A stretch of 64,000 bases of DNA from contig DAOUHF010000121.1 in assembly GCA_034428795.1 (NCBI GenBank), positions 3,680 to 67,679 of the forward strand, written 5' to 3'. The notes under the pieces were generated by a model. That model did no database searches and was not told the origin of the DNA. It saw nothing but the letters and a program-made list of their open reading frames with translations. The position numbers and the translations under genes were made by a program. How positions within the stretch are numbered: the stretch's first letter is position 1; every line of letters begins with the position of its first letter. This stretch comes from Dehalococcoidia bacterium (GTDB lineage: Bacteria; Chloroflexota; Dehalococcoidia; Lucifugimonadales; UBA3495). Shown piece after piece: positions 1-9,618 of the stretch.

Positions 1-144
1 CGGGCGCTGGGACTAAGGTTCGATCGAATGACCTGTATTGCGACCCCAGTAGTGCTGTACCGCACCAAGAAATCTGTTAAAGGACTTGCAGAGCGGGTCC
101 AGCAGGACTTGGTTGATTTGGAAGCTGAGGGGCTAGATGGCTAG
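1..144 (+). CDS. 3' end of an upstream CDS (partial; RALGLRFDRMTCIATPVVLYRTKK...LEAEGLDG*), function not identifiable
   Basis: Frame open from base 1 to TAG at 142-144, overlapping the ATG at 137 (coupling-type overlap). Confidence 0.55.
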   Translation, partial: RALGLRFDRMTCIATPVVLYRTKKSVKGLAERVQQDLVDLEAEGLDG

Positions 145-1207
145 ACCGGGCCCAAGCGCAGGGAGCGGACCTACAGGCTCACATGGCCAGCTTGCTCTCT
201 CCCTTGATGGGGGAAAGGCGCCATCGGTATTCCGTAGCCTTTCTCCCGCACGCCCAACGGTCGTTTGCGAGACTTACTGGAAGTTTGCCGTTGAAAGGCA
301 AGAAGTCTTCTTTCGTAAGTTGAATGGGTGCCCGCCTCCCTGGACCGATGACCCCGTTATCGCGCGGCACAAGTTCACCAACCCCTATCGGGCGGCTGAC
401 CGAGTTAGTCAATACCTGATTCGCCATGTTATCTACGAGGGCGACCCATCCGTTCCAGAGGTCTTTTTTCGCACCATCCTCTTCAAGCTCTTCAACAAGA
501 TAGAAACGTGGGAACTGTTGAAGTCCGAGCTGGGTGAGATTTCCTGGGGAGGTTATTCCTTCGACCAGTTCGATACCGTCTTGGCCGGCGCCCTTGCGTC
601 CAAGACGCGGATATACTCGGCAGCCTACATCATGCCCTCGGGAAATACGGCTTTCGGGTACCGGCGGAAACATCGGAACCACCTCAAGCTGCTTGAGCGC
701 ATGATGGAAGATGAGGTGCCGCACCGGATAGCAGGAGCGAAAAGCATGAGGCAGGGCTTCGAAGTTCTGCGGTCGTACCCGATGATCGGCGATTTCCTCG
801 GGTACCAGTTCATCACCGACCTGAACTACAGTGAGATATGCGACTTCTCAGAGATGGAGTTCGTAGTACCTGGTCCGGGGGCTCGTGACGGGATCCGCAA
901 GTGCTTCAGCGACTTGGGCGGGCTGAGCGAGCCTGACATCATCAGGCTGGTTACTGACCGTCAGGAGTACGAGTTTGAACGGCTGGGGCTGGAGTTCCGC
1001 TCATTGTGGGGGAGGCAACTGCAACTGATCGACTGCCAAAACTTATTTTGCGAAGTGTCCAAGTACGCCCGGGTAAGGCATCCTGACGTCACCGGAGTGA
1101 ATGACCGCTCTCGCATCAAGCAGATTTATCGGGCATCGGGAAACCCCTTGGAATTCTGGTTCCCGCCGAAGTGGGGTATCAATCACTTGCTGCCTAAGAA
1201 TTCATGA
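137..1207 (+). CDS. DNA base hypermodification family protein (aGPT-pyrophosphorylase clade 1 / 5-hmdU DNA kinase helical domain-like)
   Basis: Motifs YWKFAVERQEVFFRK, PPPWTDDPVIARHKFTNPYR, IYSAAYIM, IGDFLGYQF, GPGARDG, IDCQNLFCEVSKY; neighbouring MazG fits the known context. Confidence 0.75.
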   Translation: MARPGPSAGSGPTGSHGQLALSLDGGKAPSVFRSLSPARPTVVCETYWKFAVERQEVFFRKLNGCPPPWTDDPVIARHKFTNPYRAADRVSQYLIRHVIYEGDPSVPEVFFRTILFKLFNKIETWELLKSELGEISWGGYSFDQFDTVLAGALASKTRIYSAAYIMPSGNTAFGYRRKHRNHLKLLERMMEDEVPHRIAGAKSMRQGFEVLRSYPMIGDFLGYQFITDLNYSEICDFSEMEFVVPGPGARDGIRKCFSDLGGLSEPDIIRLVTDRQEYEFERLGLEFRSLWGRQLQLIDCQNLFCEVSKYARVRHPDVTGVNDRSRIKQIYRASGNPLEFWFPPKWGINHLLPKNS

Positions 1208-1268
1208 AGGAGCACTCTACACAATGCGGTCCCAGGTTAGACGATAACTCCAGAGGGAGGAACCCACG

Positions 1269-2114
1269 GTGATTTTGAGTGGTGAAGCAATCCGAGAACG
1301 TCTCAAAGCTGGGCAAATTTTTAAGCAGGCCACTTGGGCTGAAGAGTCGATTATGGAAGCGTCATATGCGCTCAGAATTGCCAACGATGGACTCTTGATT
1401 GATGGCAACTTTTACGACCCCGGAACAACTTTCCGCAAGAATTACATCGAGATAGGACCCGGGAAACTAGCGATTCTTTCAACCATCGAGCGCCTAAACA
1501 TGCCGGGCGATCTCTTGGGAAAAATCGGAATACGGTTTGATCAGACAACGCAAGGGTTGACCGGCTTAATGGGGATACAAGTTGACCCCCTGTTCGGGAG
1601 CGAACAAGACGATGAACGGCTTTTCGTCAGGGTCGCGAATTTGGGTAACGAGTCGATAAGGCTTTTGCCCGGGGACAAAGTCTTTACTTTCGAGGTTCAT
1701 GAAGTAAGGGGAGATGTCCAACCCCCTTCAAGTGGCAAACGGCCTATATGGACTCGCCTGAAACGGCGTCTGGGGAATCAGAACAATGCAAGCTGGACCT
1801 ACATCACACAGGTAGACTATAACCTATCGAACGAAACCCAAAACATCAAAGACTATCTGCAACCTCTTGTTATGTTCGGCGTATTCTTGGTTGCGGTAAC
1901 CATTTTGGGAGTTGCAGTCACCATGATTTTGAGCGTGCGGGACACTCCAGAAGTCATGGTGCCAAATTGGGTTACTGACTGGGCTTGGGCTTTAGCGCTA
2001 TCGACTATAACGTTGGCGACGCTGGCCATAGTTTGGGTGGGATTCATCGCAGGTTGGCGTGCATGGCGTCCGTATCGGGCCAACCAAACAAAGCCAAGAA
2101 AAGAGGCTCGTTGA
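1269..2114 (+). CDS. dCTP deaminase/dUTPase-fold protein with two C-terminal transmembrane helices; catalytic residues appear substituted
   Basis: MILSGEAIRERL start, ASYALRI, GKLAILSTIERLNMP, VDPLFG, ANLGNESIRLLPGD; hydrophobic segments PLVMFGVFLVAVTILGVAVTMILSV and WAWALALSTITLATLAIVWVGFIAGW; GGAGG RBS. Confidence 0.75.
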   Translation: MILSGEAIRERLKAGQIFKQATWAEESIMEASYALRIANDGLLIDGNFYDPGTTFRKNYIEIGPGKLAILSTIERLNMPGDLLGKIGIRFDQTTQGLTGLMGIQVDPLFGSEQDDERLFVRVANLGNESIRLLPGDKVFTFEVHEVRGDVQPPSSGKRPIWTRLKRRLGNQNNASWTYITQVDYNLSNETQNIKDYLQPLVMFGVFLVAVTILGVAVTMILSVRDTPEVMVPNWVTDWAWALALSTITLATLAIVWVGFIAGWRAWRPYRANQTKPRKEAR

Positions 2115-2223
2115 GAGATGTAGCCATTCCGTGTTTCACCAAAGAACTAGTGAGACGGTTCACGTCCTGACTCCGTGAATGTAACCATTCTGAAACGAGG
2201 ATTGACCATATTTTCCTTGAAAC

Positions 2224-3102
2224 TCATTCCACTAACTGAATCGTACCCTGCTCCAAGTCGGCGTAAATCTTCCCCTTTCCATTGGCCTTCACGTGACGCC
2301 AGATGTCGAACCCCGTCATGATCGCCCGCTCCCATTCGCCCTCTGTGCGGACGCTCACTTCCAAGTGAGACGTCATGTCCTTTATTGTGCGCAAGAGGTC
2401 ATAGTTGACGCCTTCAACTCCGTCCAGGAAGTTCTGACGCTCGGCGTAGCTGAACACCATCGCGGAGATTCCCTCTTCAATGACAATGGCCCGGCCGCCA
2501 TCTTCAACTTCATCCACCTTGCGGACGCTCTTTCGTTTGCGTCGCAGCAAGGCTCTCAGCGTTGGGGACCAGCCGAGAATGCTGGCATAGGACAGGTGGC
2601 AAATGTCGTGGAAGCGGTAGCCGTCGTCCTCGTAGCGGTTATCCGTCAGCGGATCTCCGTACTTAGCTCCGTCAATGGTTGTGATGGCTATCCCAGATTC
2701 TTCTTCTATAGAGATGTCCATCTGCCTCGGTAGGCGCTCGGACAGCGGAAAGCCCTCATCAAACAGCTTTCTCGTCCCTTTGTCCGCGCCGGCAGGGTGC
2801 CATCGCCTGCCTGTCTTGCTGAGGTTAAAATCCGCTACCCCTTCCAGCGTCAGCCCGTGCTTGGTCGCAACATTGGACAGATACCAGAGGAGGTCGCCCA
2901 GCTCTTCCTTGACCCGTTCGGGGAACAACTTGTACGAGTCGCCATCCCTGAGCCACTTCTTGTGCTCGCCCAGCAGTTCCCCCACTTCTCCTGCCATTCC
3001 CAAGAGTGGCACCAGGATACTTCGGGGGTCGGTATCGAAGTTCCCCGTTTCCGGCTGCTGGTCTGTCTGATTGGCAAGGCGCTGGTATTCGTTAAGTTCC
3101 AA
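2224..3102 (-). CDS. MazG-like nucleoside triphosphate pyrophosphohydrolase with MazG C-terminal domain
   Basis: LLGMAGEVGELL...KK...EELGDLLWYLSNVA MazG motif; C-terminal PLTDN..DDGYRFHD..H and DEVEDGGRAIVIEEGIS. Confidence 0.85.
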   Translation of the reverse strand: MELNEYQRLANQTDQQPETGNFDTDPRSILVPLLGMAGEVGELLGEHKKWLRDGDSYKLFPERVKEELGDLLWYLSNVATKHGLTLEGVADFNLSKTGRRWHPAGADKGTRKLFDEGFPLSERLPRQMDISIEEESGIAITTIDGAKYGDPLTDNRYEDDGYRFHDICHLSYASILGWSPTLRALLRRKRKSVRKVDEVEDGGRAIVIEEGISAMVFSYAERQNFLDGVEGVNYDLLRTIKDMTSHLEVSVRTEGEWERAIMTGFDIWRHVKANGKGKIYADLEQGTIQLVE

Positions 3103-3268
3103 TTGCCCTTACCTCCAGCCAATCTTCGCATTTCTGGTTGCAGATCCCTCCACGTATTCACATCCACAGTTAGTGTAGAGGACTTCCAGTGGACACAATA
3201 TACAGTATTTGTCAATGTGCAAGTGTCAGTGGCGCGGGTTGATTCTTCCTGAGTTTGCACCTCATAAG

Positions 3269-3596
3269 TCATTGAGCCGGTCCCGGCACGAGATTCCCTA
3301 CAATCTCCCCCAAGTGTTCCAGGGCGGCTCTGAGGTTTTCGAGGACCCCGACGGCAATGCCGACGGACGGGAGGAGGGCGCTCCGTCCTCTATGCTTTCG
3401 TCGCGGAGCCAGAAGATGGTCGAGGTTGGCCTTGTCGCGCTTGCCTGGGTTCTCGTAGGCGAAGCAACGGAAGGTCGTCTCCGTCCCCTCGCCCCTGAGT
3501 CGGTTCTCCGCGTTGCAGCAGGTTACAAAGTCGTCCAAGTCGGCACTGGTAAGGGGGTTGGTCTTTAAGGGGAAAGCGGCGGTTGGTGTAGAAGGA
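3269..3596 (-). pseudogene. Frameshifted 3' fragment of a type I R-M methyltransferase (HsdM C-terminus)
   Basis: Manual translation across frameshifts: FPLKTNPLTSADLDDFVTCCNAENR...RDKANLD / IFWLRDESIEDG / LLPSVGIAVGVLENLRAALEHLGEI, the HsdM tail pattern; begins directly after the tRNA CCA. Confidence 0.75.
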
Positions 3597-3671
3597 TGGT
3601 GGGCCCGGCAGGGATCGAACCTGCCACCAGCCGGTTATGAGCCGGCTGCTCTACCACTGAGCTACGGGCCC
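3597..3671 (-). tRNA. tRNA with CAT anticodon, most likely tRNA-Ile2 (lysidine-modified); encoded CCA
   Basis: Reverse complement GGGCCCGTAGCTCAGTGGTAGAGCAGCCGGCTCATAACCGGCTGGTGGCAGGTTCGATCCCTGCCGGGCCCACCA folds as a cloverleaf. G1-C72 pair excludes fMet; the anticodon arm resembles Ile2 tRNAs. Confidence 0.93.
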
Positions 3672-3793
3672 GTTAGTCTAGCCTACGCCCGGTCTTTTCA
3701 GGGTGTCAAGGCAAGTGGACTGTCCCACGGGAAGGGTGGGGTCTTGGCGGCAGCCGGTAATGGGGTCGCAGGCTTGGGCCGCGGCGTTGCCGC

Positions 3794-5149
3794 TTACAGG
3801 CCCAAACGCTGGCGGTAGTCGGGGTCCCAGGCGGCCAGTGTGCCTCGTTCCAATGCTTCGAGTTCCGGCGCCCGCGGGGACACTTCTCCGGTCAGCGGCA
3901 CCGTGGCCACGATGGCTTCTTGGACCAGTTGCTGGTAGTTAGCCTCGTCCATCCCCAGAAGCTCTTGCAGAATCGGGCCGTTGTGCTGCCCGAAGGTGGG
4001 GCTGGGACCGTGTATCCGCAGGTTGCTTTTGGAGAATTTGTAGGGCCGGCCGATGAAGGGCCGTGAGCCCATGCCCCGCTCCGGGGGATAGTCGACACGC
4101 TCCAGGAATCCCCGGCTCCGGTAGTGTGGGTCGAAGTGTACGTCTTTGCCGGTCAGTACGGGGCCAGAGGCGATTCCCAACCCTTGAAGGGCGTGCATCA
4201 GGTCGTAGCGGTCCCGCTCCGTTGTCCATGCACTGATGATTTCGTCCAACGCGTCGTGATTGCGCCGCCGCGACGGCAGGTCGAGGAAGCGGGGGTCCGC
4301 TTTCAATTCAGGCTGGCCCATTAAATCGCAAAACGCCAGCCATTCCGCATCGTCGGCCACCGACAGCGCAATCCACTGGTCGTCGCCCAAAGCCGGATAA
4401 CACCCTTGGGGCGCCCGGTGGGGATGGCGGTTGCCGATGCGGACCCCGTCCCTGCCGTTGGCCACGGCGTCCACGATGTATTCGGACAGGAACATCACGC
4501 CGGCCTGGTACATGCCGATGTCGGCCCACTGTCCCAACCCGGTCTTGTTGCGGTAGCGCAGCGCGGAGCCGATGGCGAACAGGGCAGTCCAACTAGACAG
4601 GAAGTCGACGAAGGACGCGCCGGCCTTGGCGGGACCGCCGTCGGGGTAGCCCGTGACCCAGCAATGGCCGTGGGTCCCCTCCTGTGTCGTGGCTTGGGCC
4701 GGGTAGCCGGAGTACGGTCCGCCGCCGTGGCCGTAGCCGGTGTTGGACACCATGATGATGTCGGGCTTTATCTTCCGGAGGTTGGGGTAGTCGAGCCCCC
4801 AGTTGCGCATGACCCTGGGGGTGAAGTTTTCCATCACCACGTCGCTGACGCCGACCAGTTGCCGGAACAGGTCCCGCCCCCGTTCGTCGGTCAGGTCCAG
4901 GGTGAGGGACTGCTTGCCGCGGTGGATGAGATTGTAGGTGGATGGGCGATTCCACCAGTCCTCCCCGGCATCGTTCTCGGGGAAGGCGCCGGAATAGCCG
5001 CCGGTGCGCGTGATGTCGGGGCGGCCCGGCCCCTCGACCTTGATAACCTCGGCGCCCATGTCGGCCAGCAAGCCGCCGGCATAGGGCAGGGCGAACACGT
5101 AGGTGGAGTCGACCACCCGTATGCCTTCCAGCGGCAGCCGCGGCATCAA
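3794..5149 (-). CDS. CaiB/BaiF (family III) CoA-transferase
   Basis: LPLEGIRVVD...LLADMGAEVIKVE, HRGKQSLTLDL, DVVMENFTPRVM, SPTFGQHN. Confidence 0.92.
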   Translation of the reverse strand: MMPRLPLEGIRVVDSTYVFALPYAGGLLADMGAEVIKVEGPGRPDITRTGGYSGAFPENDAGEDWWNRPSTYNLIHRGKQSLTLDLTDERGRDLFRQLVGVSDVVMENFTPRVMRNWGLDYPNLRKIKPDIIMVSNTGYGHGGGPYSGYPAQATTQEGTHGHCWVTGYPDGGPAKAGASFVDFLSSWTALFAIGSALRYRNKTGLGQWADIGMYQAGVMFLSEYIVDAVANGRDGVRIGNRHPHRAPQGCYPALGDDQWIALSVADDAEWLAFCDLMGQPELKADPRFLDLPSRRRNHDALDEIISAWTTERDRYDLMHALQGLGIASGPVLTGKDVHFDPHYRSRGFLERVDYPPERGMGSRPFIGRPYKFSKSNLRIHGPSPTFGQHNGPILQELLGMDEANYQQLVQEAIVATVPLTGEVSPRAPELEALERGTLAAWDPDYRQRLGL

Positions 5150-5183
5150 CCTCGCTCCGGTGGACAGTTCGGGTCTTGCATCA

Positions 5184-6407
5184 TCAGATCGCGCCGGTCT
5201 GGCGGAGCCTCACCAACTCCTGCCGGGTATAGCCCAAGCCGTCCACGTAGATTTCGTGGTTGTGCTGCCCCAGGGTAGGGGCGGGAGCGATGTAACGATA
5301 AGGGGTCAGGCTCAGGTTGAACAACACCGCCGGGACCTTGATCTTGCCAATCACCGGGTGATCGACTTCCCGGTAGAAGTCCCTGGACTCCAACTGGGGG
5401 CAGTCCGCCAACTCCGAAGGGGTCTGCACCAAGCCGAAAAGCATCCTTGCCTGGGCCGCCTCGGTGAACAGGTCCCACTTGCCGCGGTCTTTGATGGAGT
5501 CCAGCACTATACGGTCCAGCTCCTCGCCGTTCTGATTGCGCTGAGCCGTCTCCGCGAACCTGGGTTCGCGCAACTCCGGCGGGCCGAAGAAGTCGGCGAT
5601 GGTCTCCCAAGTGGCGCCGCCGCCGGTTTGAACGATTATCCAACCGTCCTCGCAGGGCATGGGATGGCCGAAATTACTGCCGGCGGGCCGGCGGCGCGGT
5701 TGCGTGCCGCCCATGAATGGGTACATGGTCTGGGTGGCCATCATGGTCGAAGCCACACACTCGGTTACCGAAACGTCGATATGCTGGCCTTCGCCCGTGT
5801 TGTCAGCCATGAACAGGGCCATCGCGGTGGCCGCGGCGCCGTTCAGGCCGCCTTCGTACTGGGCCTGGAATCCGCCGTGCTTCAGGGGCTCCCTGTCTTG
5901 AGAGCCGCTGATGCTCATGATCATCCCCATGGCGTAGCTGACAATCTCTTCCCCCTTGTACCCGCTGTAGGGCCCGGTCTGCCCGTAGGGGGTAATGGAC
6001 GTCATAATCAATGAAGGGTTCAGCCGTTCGAGACCGTCATACCCCACCCCGAGTCCGTCCAGATACCCAGGCCGGAAGCTCTCGACGACCACGTCGACGT
6101 GCGGGACCAGTTGCTTCAGGAGGTCGCGGCCGGCGGCATTTTCCAGATTCAGGTTGGCGCTCTTCTTGTTCAGGTTCAGCAACAAGAAAAACAGGCTTTT
6201 TTCGGGATGAGGGTCGTCACCGAAAAAGGGAGGCGTCCTGCGCAGGGCCGAGCCCCCCACCGGTTCCAGCTTCAACACGTCGGCGCCGTAGTCGGCCAAG
6301 AGACGGGCGCAGAAGGACCCGGCGATGTCTTCGCTCAGGTCAAGGACCTTGACGCCGTCCAAAGGGCCTAAGGGGAGCGAGGGCGGCAGGGCTGGGGAGT
6401 CGGCCAA
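5184..6407 (-). CDS. CaiB/BaiF (family III) CoA-transferase
   Basis: GPLDGVKVLD...LLADYGADVLKLE, NLNKKS, DVVVESFRPG, APTLGQHN. Confidence 0.92.
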   Translation of the reverse strand: MADSPALPPSLPLGPLDGVKVLDLSEDIAGSFCARLLADYGADVLKLEPVGGSALRRTPPFFGDDPHPEKSLFFLLLNLNKKSANLNLENAAGRDLLKQLVPHVDVVVESFRPGYLDGLGVGYDGLERLNPSLIMTSITPYGQTGPYSGYKGEEIVSYAMGMIMSISGSQDREPLKHGGFQAQYEGGLNGAAATAMALFMADNTGEGQHIDVSVTECVASTMMATQTMYPFMGGTQPRRRPAGSNFGHPMPCEDGWIIVQTGGGATWETIADFFGPPELREPRFAETAQRNQNGEELDRIVLDSIKDRGKWDLFTEAAQARMLFGLVQTPSELADCPQLESRDFYREVDHPVIGKIKVPAVLFNLSLTPYRYIAPAPTLGQHNHEIYVDGLGYTRQELVRLRQTGAI

Positions 6408-6472
6408 AGTACGTATTTACTCCAATGTGGAAATATTGGTTAAGCCTAAATGGGCCCGGCGGCAAAAATCAA

Positions 6473-6510
6473 CCGGCGGATCTGGCCGGCGGATCTGGCC
6501 GGCGGATTTG
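6473..6510. repeat. 13-bp tandem repeat (CCGGCGGATCTGG) x ~3
   Basis: Read directly from the intergenic sequence. Confidence 0.85.
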
Positions 6511-6529
6511 ACCACTCTCCGAAATACCG

Positions 6530-7456
6530 CTAACCGAAGTTCTGTTCCAGGATGGAGCGGAACTGTTCTTGGGTGTAGCTGTAGACTTGGGTTCCTTGGG
6601 ACTGGACGGCGTAATGGCCGCAGATGTTGCCCATCTGCACCGCCCGCGCCGTGCCCCGGCCCTCGATCAATCCCTTGATGAACCCGCCACGGAAGGCGTC
6701 GCCCGCCCCTGTGGGATCGACGACCGCCGCCGTTGGCACTCCGGGAATGGTCACGACGCCGTCGGTGGATAGAATTTCCGCCCCGTGCTCGCCCTTGGTA
6801 ACGACTATGTATTCGACGATACCAGCCAGTTGTTGGCGGCTAAGGCCGGTGCGGTTGCAGATCATCTCGACCTCATAGTCGTTGGCGACGAGTACATTAG
6901 ACTCCTCTATGCTGTGGACAAGATCGCCGGGCTCCCAGATGGGTAGGGACTGGCCGGGGTCGAAGATGGAAAAGATCCCCAGCTTCCGGTGGCGCTCGGC
7001 GAACTCGGCCATGTCGGCAATGTTGCCGGGCGCGACGATAGCGATCGCATTTCCGGGGTCCGCTACATCGAACTTGAACCCTGCCTGGTGTTTCATCGCA
7101 CCGGGGTTGAAGCCGGTGATCTGGTTGTTATCGACGTCGGTGGTGATGTAGGCGCCGGCCGTGAGTTCCTCATCAACGACGCGGATGTCGCCGGTGGCCA
7201 CGCCGTTTTCTTCCAGCCACTGGAAGTACCGGTGATAGTCCTTCCCGATGGAGGCAACGACCCTCGGTTTCTCCCCCAGCAGCGCCAGCGAGTAGGCGAT
7301 ATTCCCGGCGGTGCCGCCGAAATTTTCGGTCAGGCTGTTAACCGTGAAGCTCACGTTTATCACGTGAATCTGTTCCGGCAGGATGTGTTCGGAAAACCGC
7401 CCGGGGAAGTCCATGATCCGGTCGTAGGCCAAGGAACCAGAAACCAAAATCTCCAT
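6530..7456 (-). CDS. PfkB family nucleoside/adenosine kinase
   Basis: VSGSLAYDRIM, FGGTAGNIAY, FDPGQ, VDPTGAGDAFRGG PfkB signature. Confidence 0.88.
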   Translation of the reverse strand: MEILVSGSLAYDRIMDFPGRFSEHILPEQIHVINVSFTVNSLTENFGGTAGNIAYSLALLGEKPRVVASIGKDYHRYFQWLEENGVATGDIRVVDEELTAGAYITTDVDNNQITGFNPGAMKHQAGFKFDVADPGNAIAIVAPGNIADMAEFAERHRKLGIFSIFDPGQSLPIWEPGDLVHSIEESNVLVANDYEVEMICNRTGLSRQQLAGIVEYIVVTKGEHGAEILSTDGVVTIPGVPTAAVVDPTGAGDAFRGGFIKGLIEGRGTARAVQMGNICGHYAVQSQGTQVYSYTQEQFRSILEQNFG

Positions 7457-7521
7457 GTGAGCCGTTCCTCGCTTCTCACTCCCGGCTGCCGCCGGTGGGT
7501 GGGAGTGAATAATATCAAATG

Positions 7522-8262
7522 TCAGCAGCGGTACTCGCCGGCAATGGCGCCGCCGAACTCGACGGTGTTTCCGACCTGCATATCGGCCGCGGCGCCGGCG
7601 TTGACTTCCAGCACGTACTGGATATCGGCGCGCGGCCTATAGCGTTCCAAGTCCGAGCTCTTGGTCCCTGGGGCGGGAGGCGGAACGTTCCTTGAAAAAT
7701 CGACCAGCGTGCAGTCCGCGCCGATCCACAAAATATCCAAAGGGAAATGCATGTTCTTCATCCAAAAGTCCAAGACCTTCGGCGAATCATAGACGAACAG
7801 CATCCCGGCGCCCGGGTCCAAAGAGGGCCGGTCCGAGAGACCCTGTTGTTGCTCGTCGCCGGTGACGGCCAACTCCACCGAGAAGGTTGCGCCGCCAACC
7901 GATACCGTAGGCGCGGCGGCCGCCGGTGTGGCCGATGGGCCCGGGCTGGGCGTCACTGTAGCGGTGGCGGGGGACGCCGTAGGCGTGGAGGGGCGCGCGG
8001 TGGCAGTAGCGGGACGCACGGTAGCGGTGGCCGGGAGCGGCGAGTTTGTCGGAAGCGGCTTGGCAGTGCCGGTTGGCGGTGGAGTGTCCGGAGCCGGGGT
8101 GGCAGTGCCGGTTGGCGATGGAGTGGCCGGGGCCGGGGTGGCCGTCTCTACGGCTGGCGTTGCCGTCGCGCCGGCGCCGTCTCCGCAACCCACCGCCAAT
8201 AGAATGACCAACAGGCCCAATGCCACCCAAATTGCACGCGGCACACCCGGGCGACTTCCCAA
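7522..8262 (-). CDS. DUF192 family lipoprotein with Pro/Thr/Ala-rich linker
   Basis: Lipobox LAVGC; VELAVT..EQQQGLS, GMLFVY, FWMKNMHFPLDILW, YVLEVNAG. Confidence 0.88.
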   Translation of the reverse strand: MGSRPGVPRAIWVALGLLVILLAVGCGDGAGATATPAVETATPAPATPSPTGTATPAPDTPPPTGTAKPLPTNSPLPATATVRPATATARPSTPTASPATATVTPSPGPSATPAAAAPTVSVGGATFSVELAVTGDEQQQGLSDRPSLDPGAGMLFVYDSPKVLDFWMKNMHFPLDILWIGADCTLVDFSRNVPPPAPGTKSSDLERYRPRADIQYVLEVNAGAAADMQVGNTVEFGGAIAGEYRC

Positions 8263-8441
8263 TTCGACCCCACGATAGTTAGCTACGTTATCCCTTCCAC
8301 TGCCACCGTTGCGTTCGTTTCAGGCCCTGGCAGCAGCCCAAGGGGAATGTTATCCCAGCGCCCAAAATTCGACAAGCCGAATTGACGAAACAACAGGGCT
8401 GGAGTAGTCTGGGGGCGTCAATCCGCTGGAGGAAAACGACG

Positions 8442-9005
8442 ATGACTCAAGAAGCCCGGCCTGACACGCAGTCGGCGCTGACCCCGGAAGTCCGGGCAAT
8501 GATCGGTGTCGCCGGTGACGTGGTGGAGTCTTGGGGCACCGTCGATGAAGAGTACCTCCGGAGGTTCACCCAAGCGGTCATGGACCCCGACCCCAGGTAT
8601 TGGGACAAGGAGTTCGCCAGTAAAACCCATTACGGCGGGATAATCGCGCCCCCGATAATGGTGAGCTACATGACCAGCCGCATCCGCCCCGACCAGGACG
8701 ACCCCATCACCAGGGCGTTCGAGGAGAACCCGGAATCGGACGGCATCGGCAGCGTGGAGCGGCCCGGAGCCTTGCCCCCCGTTCCCACCCATTTGGTGCG
8801 GGTGTTGAACGCCGGGAACGAGATCGAGGTCTATCAGTACCCCGGCATCGGCGATAAGATTTACTTCCAGAACCGCTATTCCGACATCCGGGAGCGCGTG
8901 GGCCGCGAGGGCAACCCGTTCCTGATCATCACGGTGGAAACCAGCTACCGCAACCAGAAAGAAGAACTGCTCTGCATCACCCGCCAGTCGTCCATTCGCC
9001 GCTAG
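8442..9005 (+). CDS. MaoC/FAS1-like dehydratase (hotdog), N-terminal type
   Basis: RRFTQAVMDPDPRYWD...HYGGIIAPP, VLNAGNEIEVYQYPGIGD; ATG at 8442 after GGAGG. Confidence 0.8.
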   Translation: MTQEARPDTQSALTPEVRAMIGVAGDVVESWGTVDEEYLRRFTQAVMDPDPRYWDKEFASKTHYGGIIAPPIMVSYMTSRIRPDQDDPITRAFEENPESDGIGSVERPGALPPVPTHLVRVLNAGNEIEVYQYPGIGDKIYFQNRYSDIRERVGREGNPFLIITVETSYRNQKEELLCITRQSSIRR

Positions 9006-9044
9006 GGGCGATGGCAGCTCGGCCGCCATTTTCCGGCATAGGAT

Positions 9045-9617
9045 ATGACGATGAGCGCACCGTTGGAAGAATTGCTAAAGATGGCCCCGGAAGAGATTCT
9101 GGAGCATAACGAGAAACCGTCCGGCGACCAGCTCCGGTACAAGGAGCAAATTTACTACGACGACGTAGCTGTCGGGTTGGAGTTGCCCAAGTACATCTAC
9201 TCCCCCACCCCGACCCACCTTTTCCGGTGGAGCGCGGCTATCGAGAACTTCCACCGGATCCACTACGATCTGGACTTTGGGCTGAACCACGACAAGAACC
9301 CCAGCATCTTGGTCCACGGCTCCTGGAAGCAGAGCGTCGTGCCCCAGTACATCAAAGACTGGACGCTGCCCAAGGGCTGGCCTTGGAAGGCCCGCTTCGA
9401 GCACCGTGCGATGCTGGTGCCCGGCGACATTCTGATCATGTGGGGAATCGTCACCGGCAAGCACGAGAAGGGCGGAATGGGCTTCGTGGACTTGGACATC
9501 GGCATGAAGACCCAGGACGGCATCGAGAGCATGCCGGGCACGGCCACGGTCGTCCTGCCCCTCCGGGGCGGACCCGACATCCCCTACCCCTTCGTGCCTC
9601 CCGGCGAAAGTGGCTAG
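9045..9617 (+). CDS. MaoC-like acyl dehydratase (hotdog)
   Basis: QIYYDDVAVGLELP, NFHRIHYD, ILVHGSW. Confidence 0.82.
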   Translation: MTMSAPLEELLKMAPEEILEHNEKPSGDQLRYKEQIYYDDVAVGLELPKYIYSPTPTHLFRWSAAIENFHRIHYDLDFGLNHDKNPSILVHGSWKQSVVPQYIKDWTLPKGWPWKARFEHRAMLVPGDILIMWGIVTGKHEKGGMGFVDLDIGMKTQDGIESMPGTATVVLPLRGGPDIPYPFVPPGESG

Positions 9618-9618
9618 G

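Noticed and set aside
1224-1250. Mini-ORF (MRSQVRR) after an AAGGAG
   Set aside because: Too short to support from sequence alone.
3269-3538. 89-aa ORF as an intact protein
   Set aside because: It is a mosaic of frames from a decayed hsdM tail.
3597-3671. tRNA-Met call from the CAT anticodon
   Set aside because: G1-C72 pairing excludes the initiator; the arm sequence resembles Ile2 more than elongator Met, though only a covariance model can settle this.
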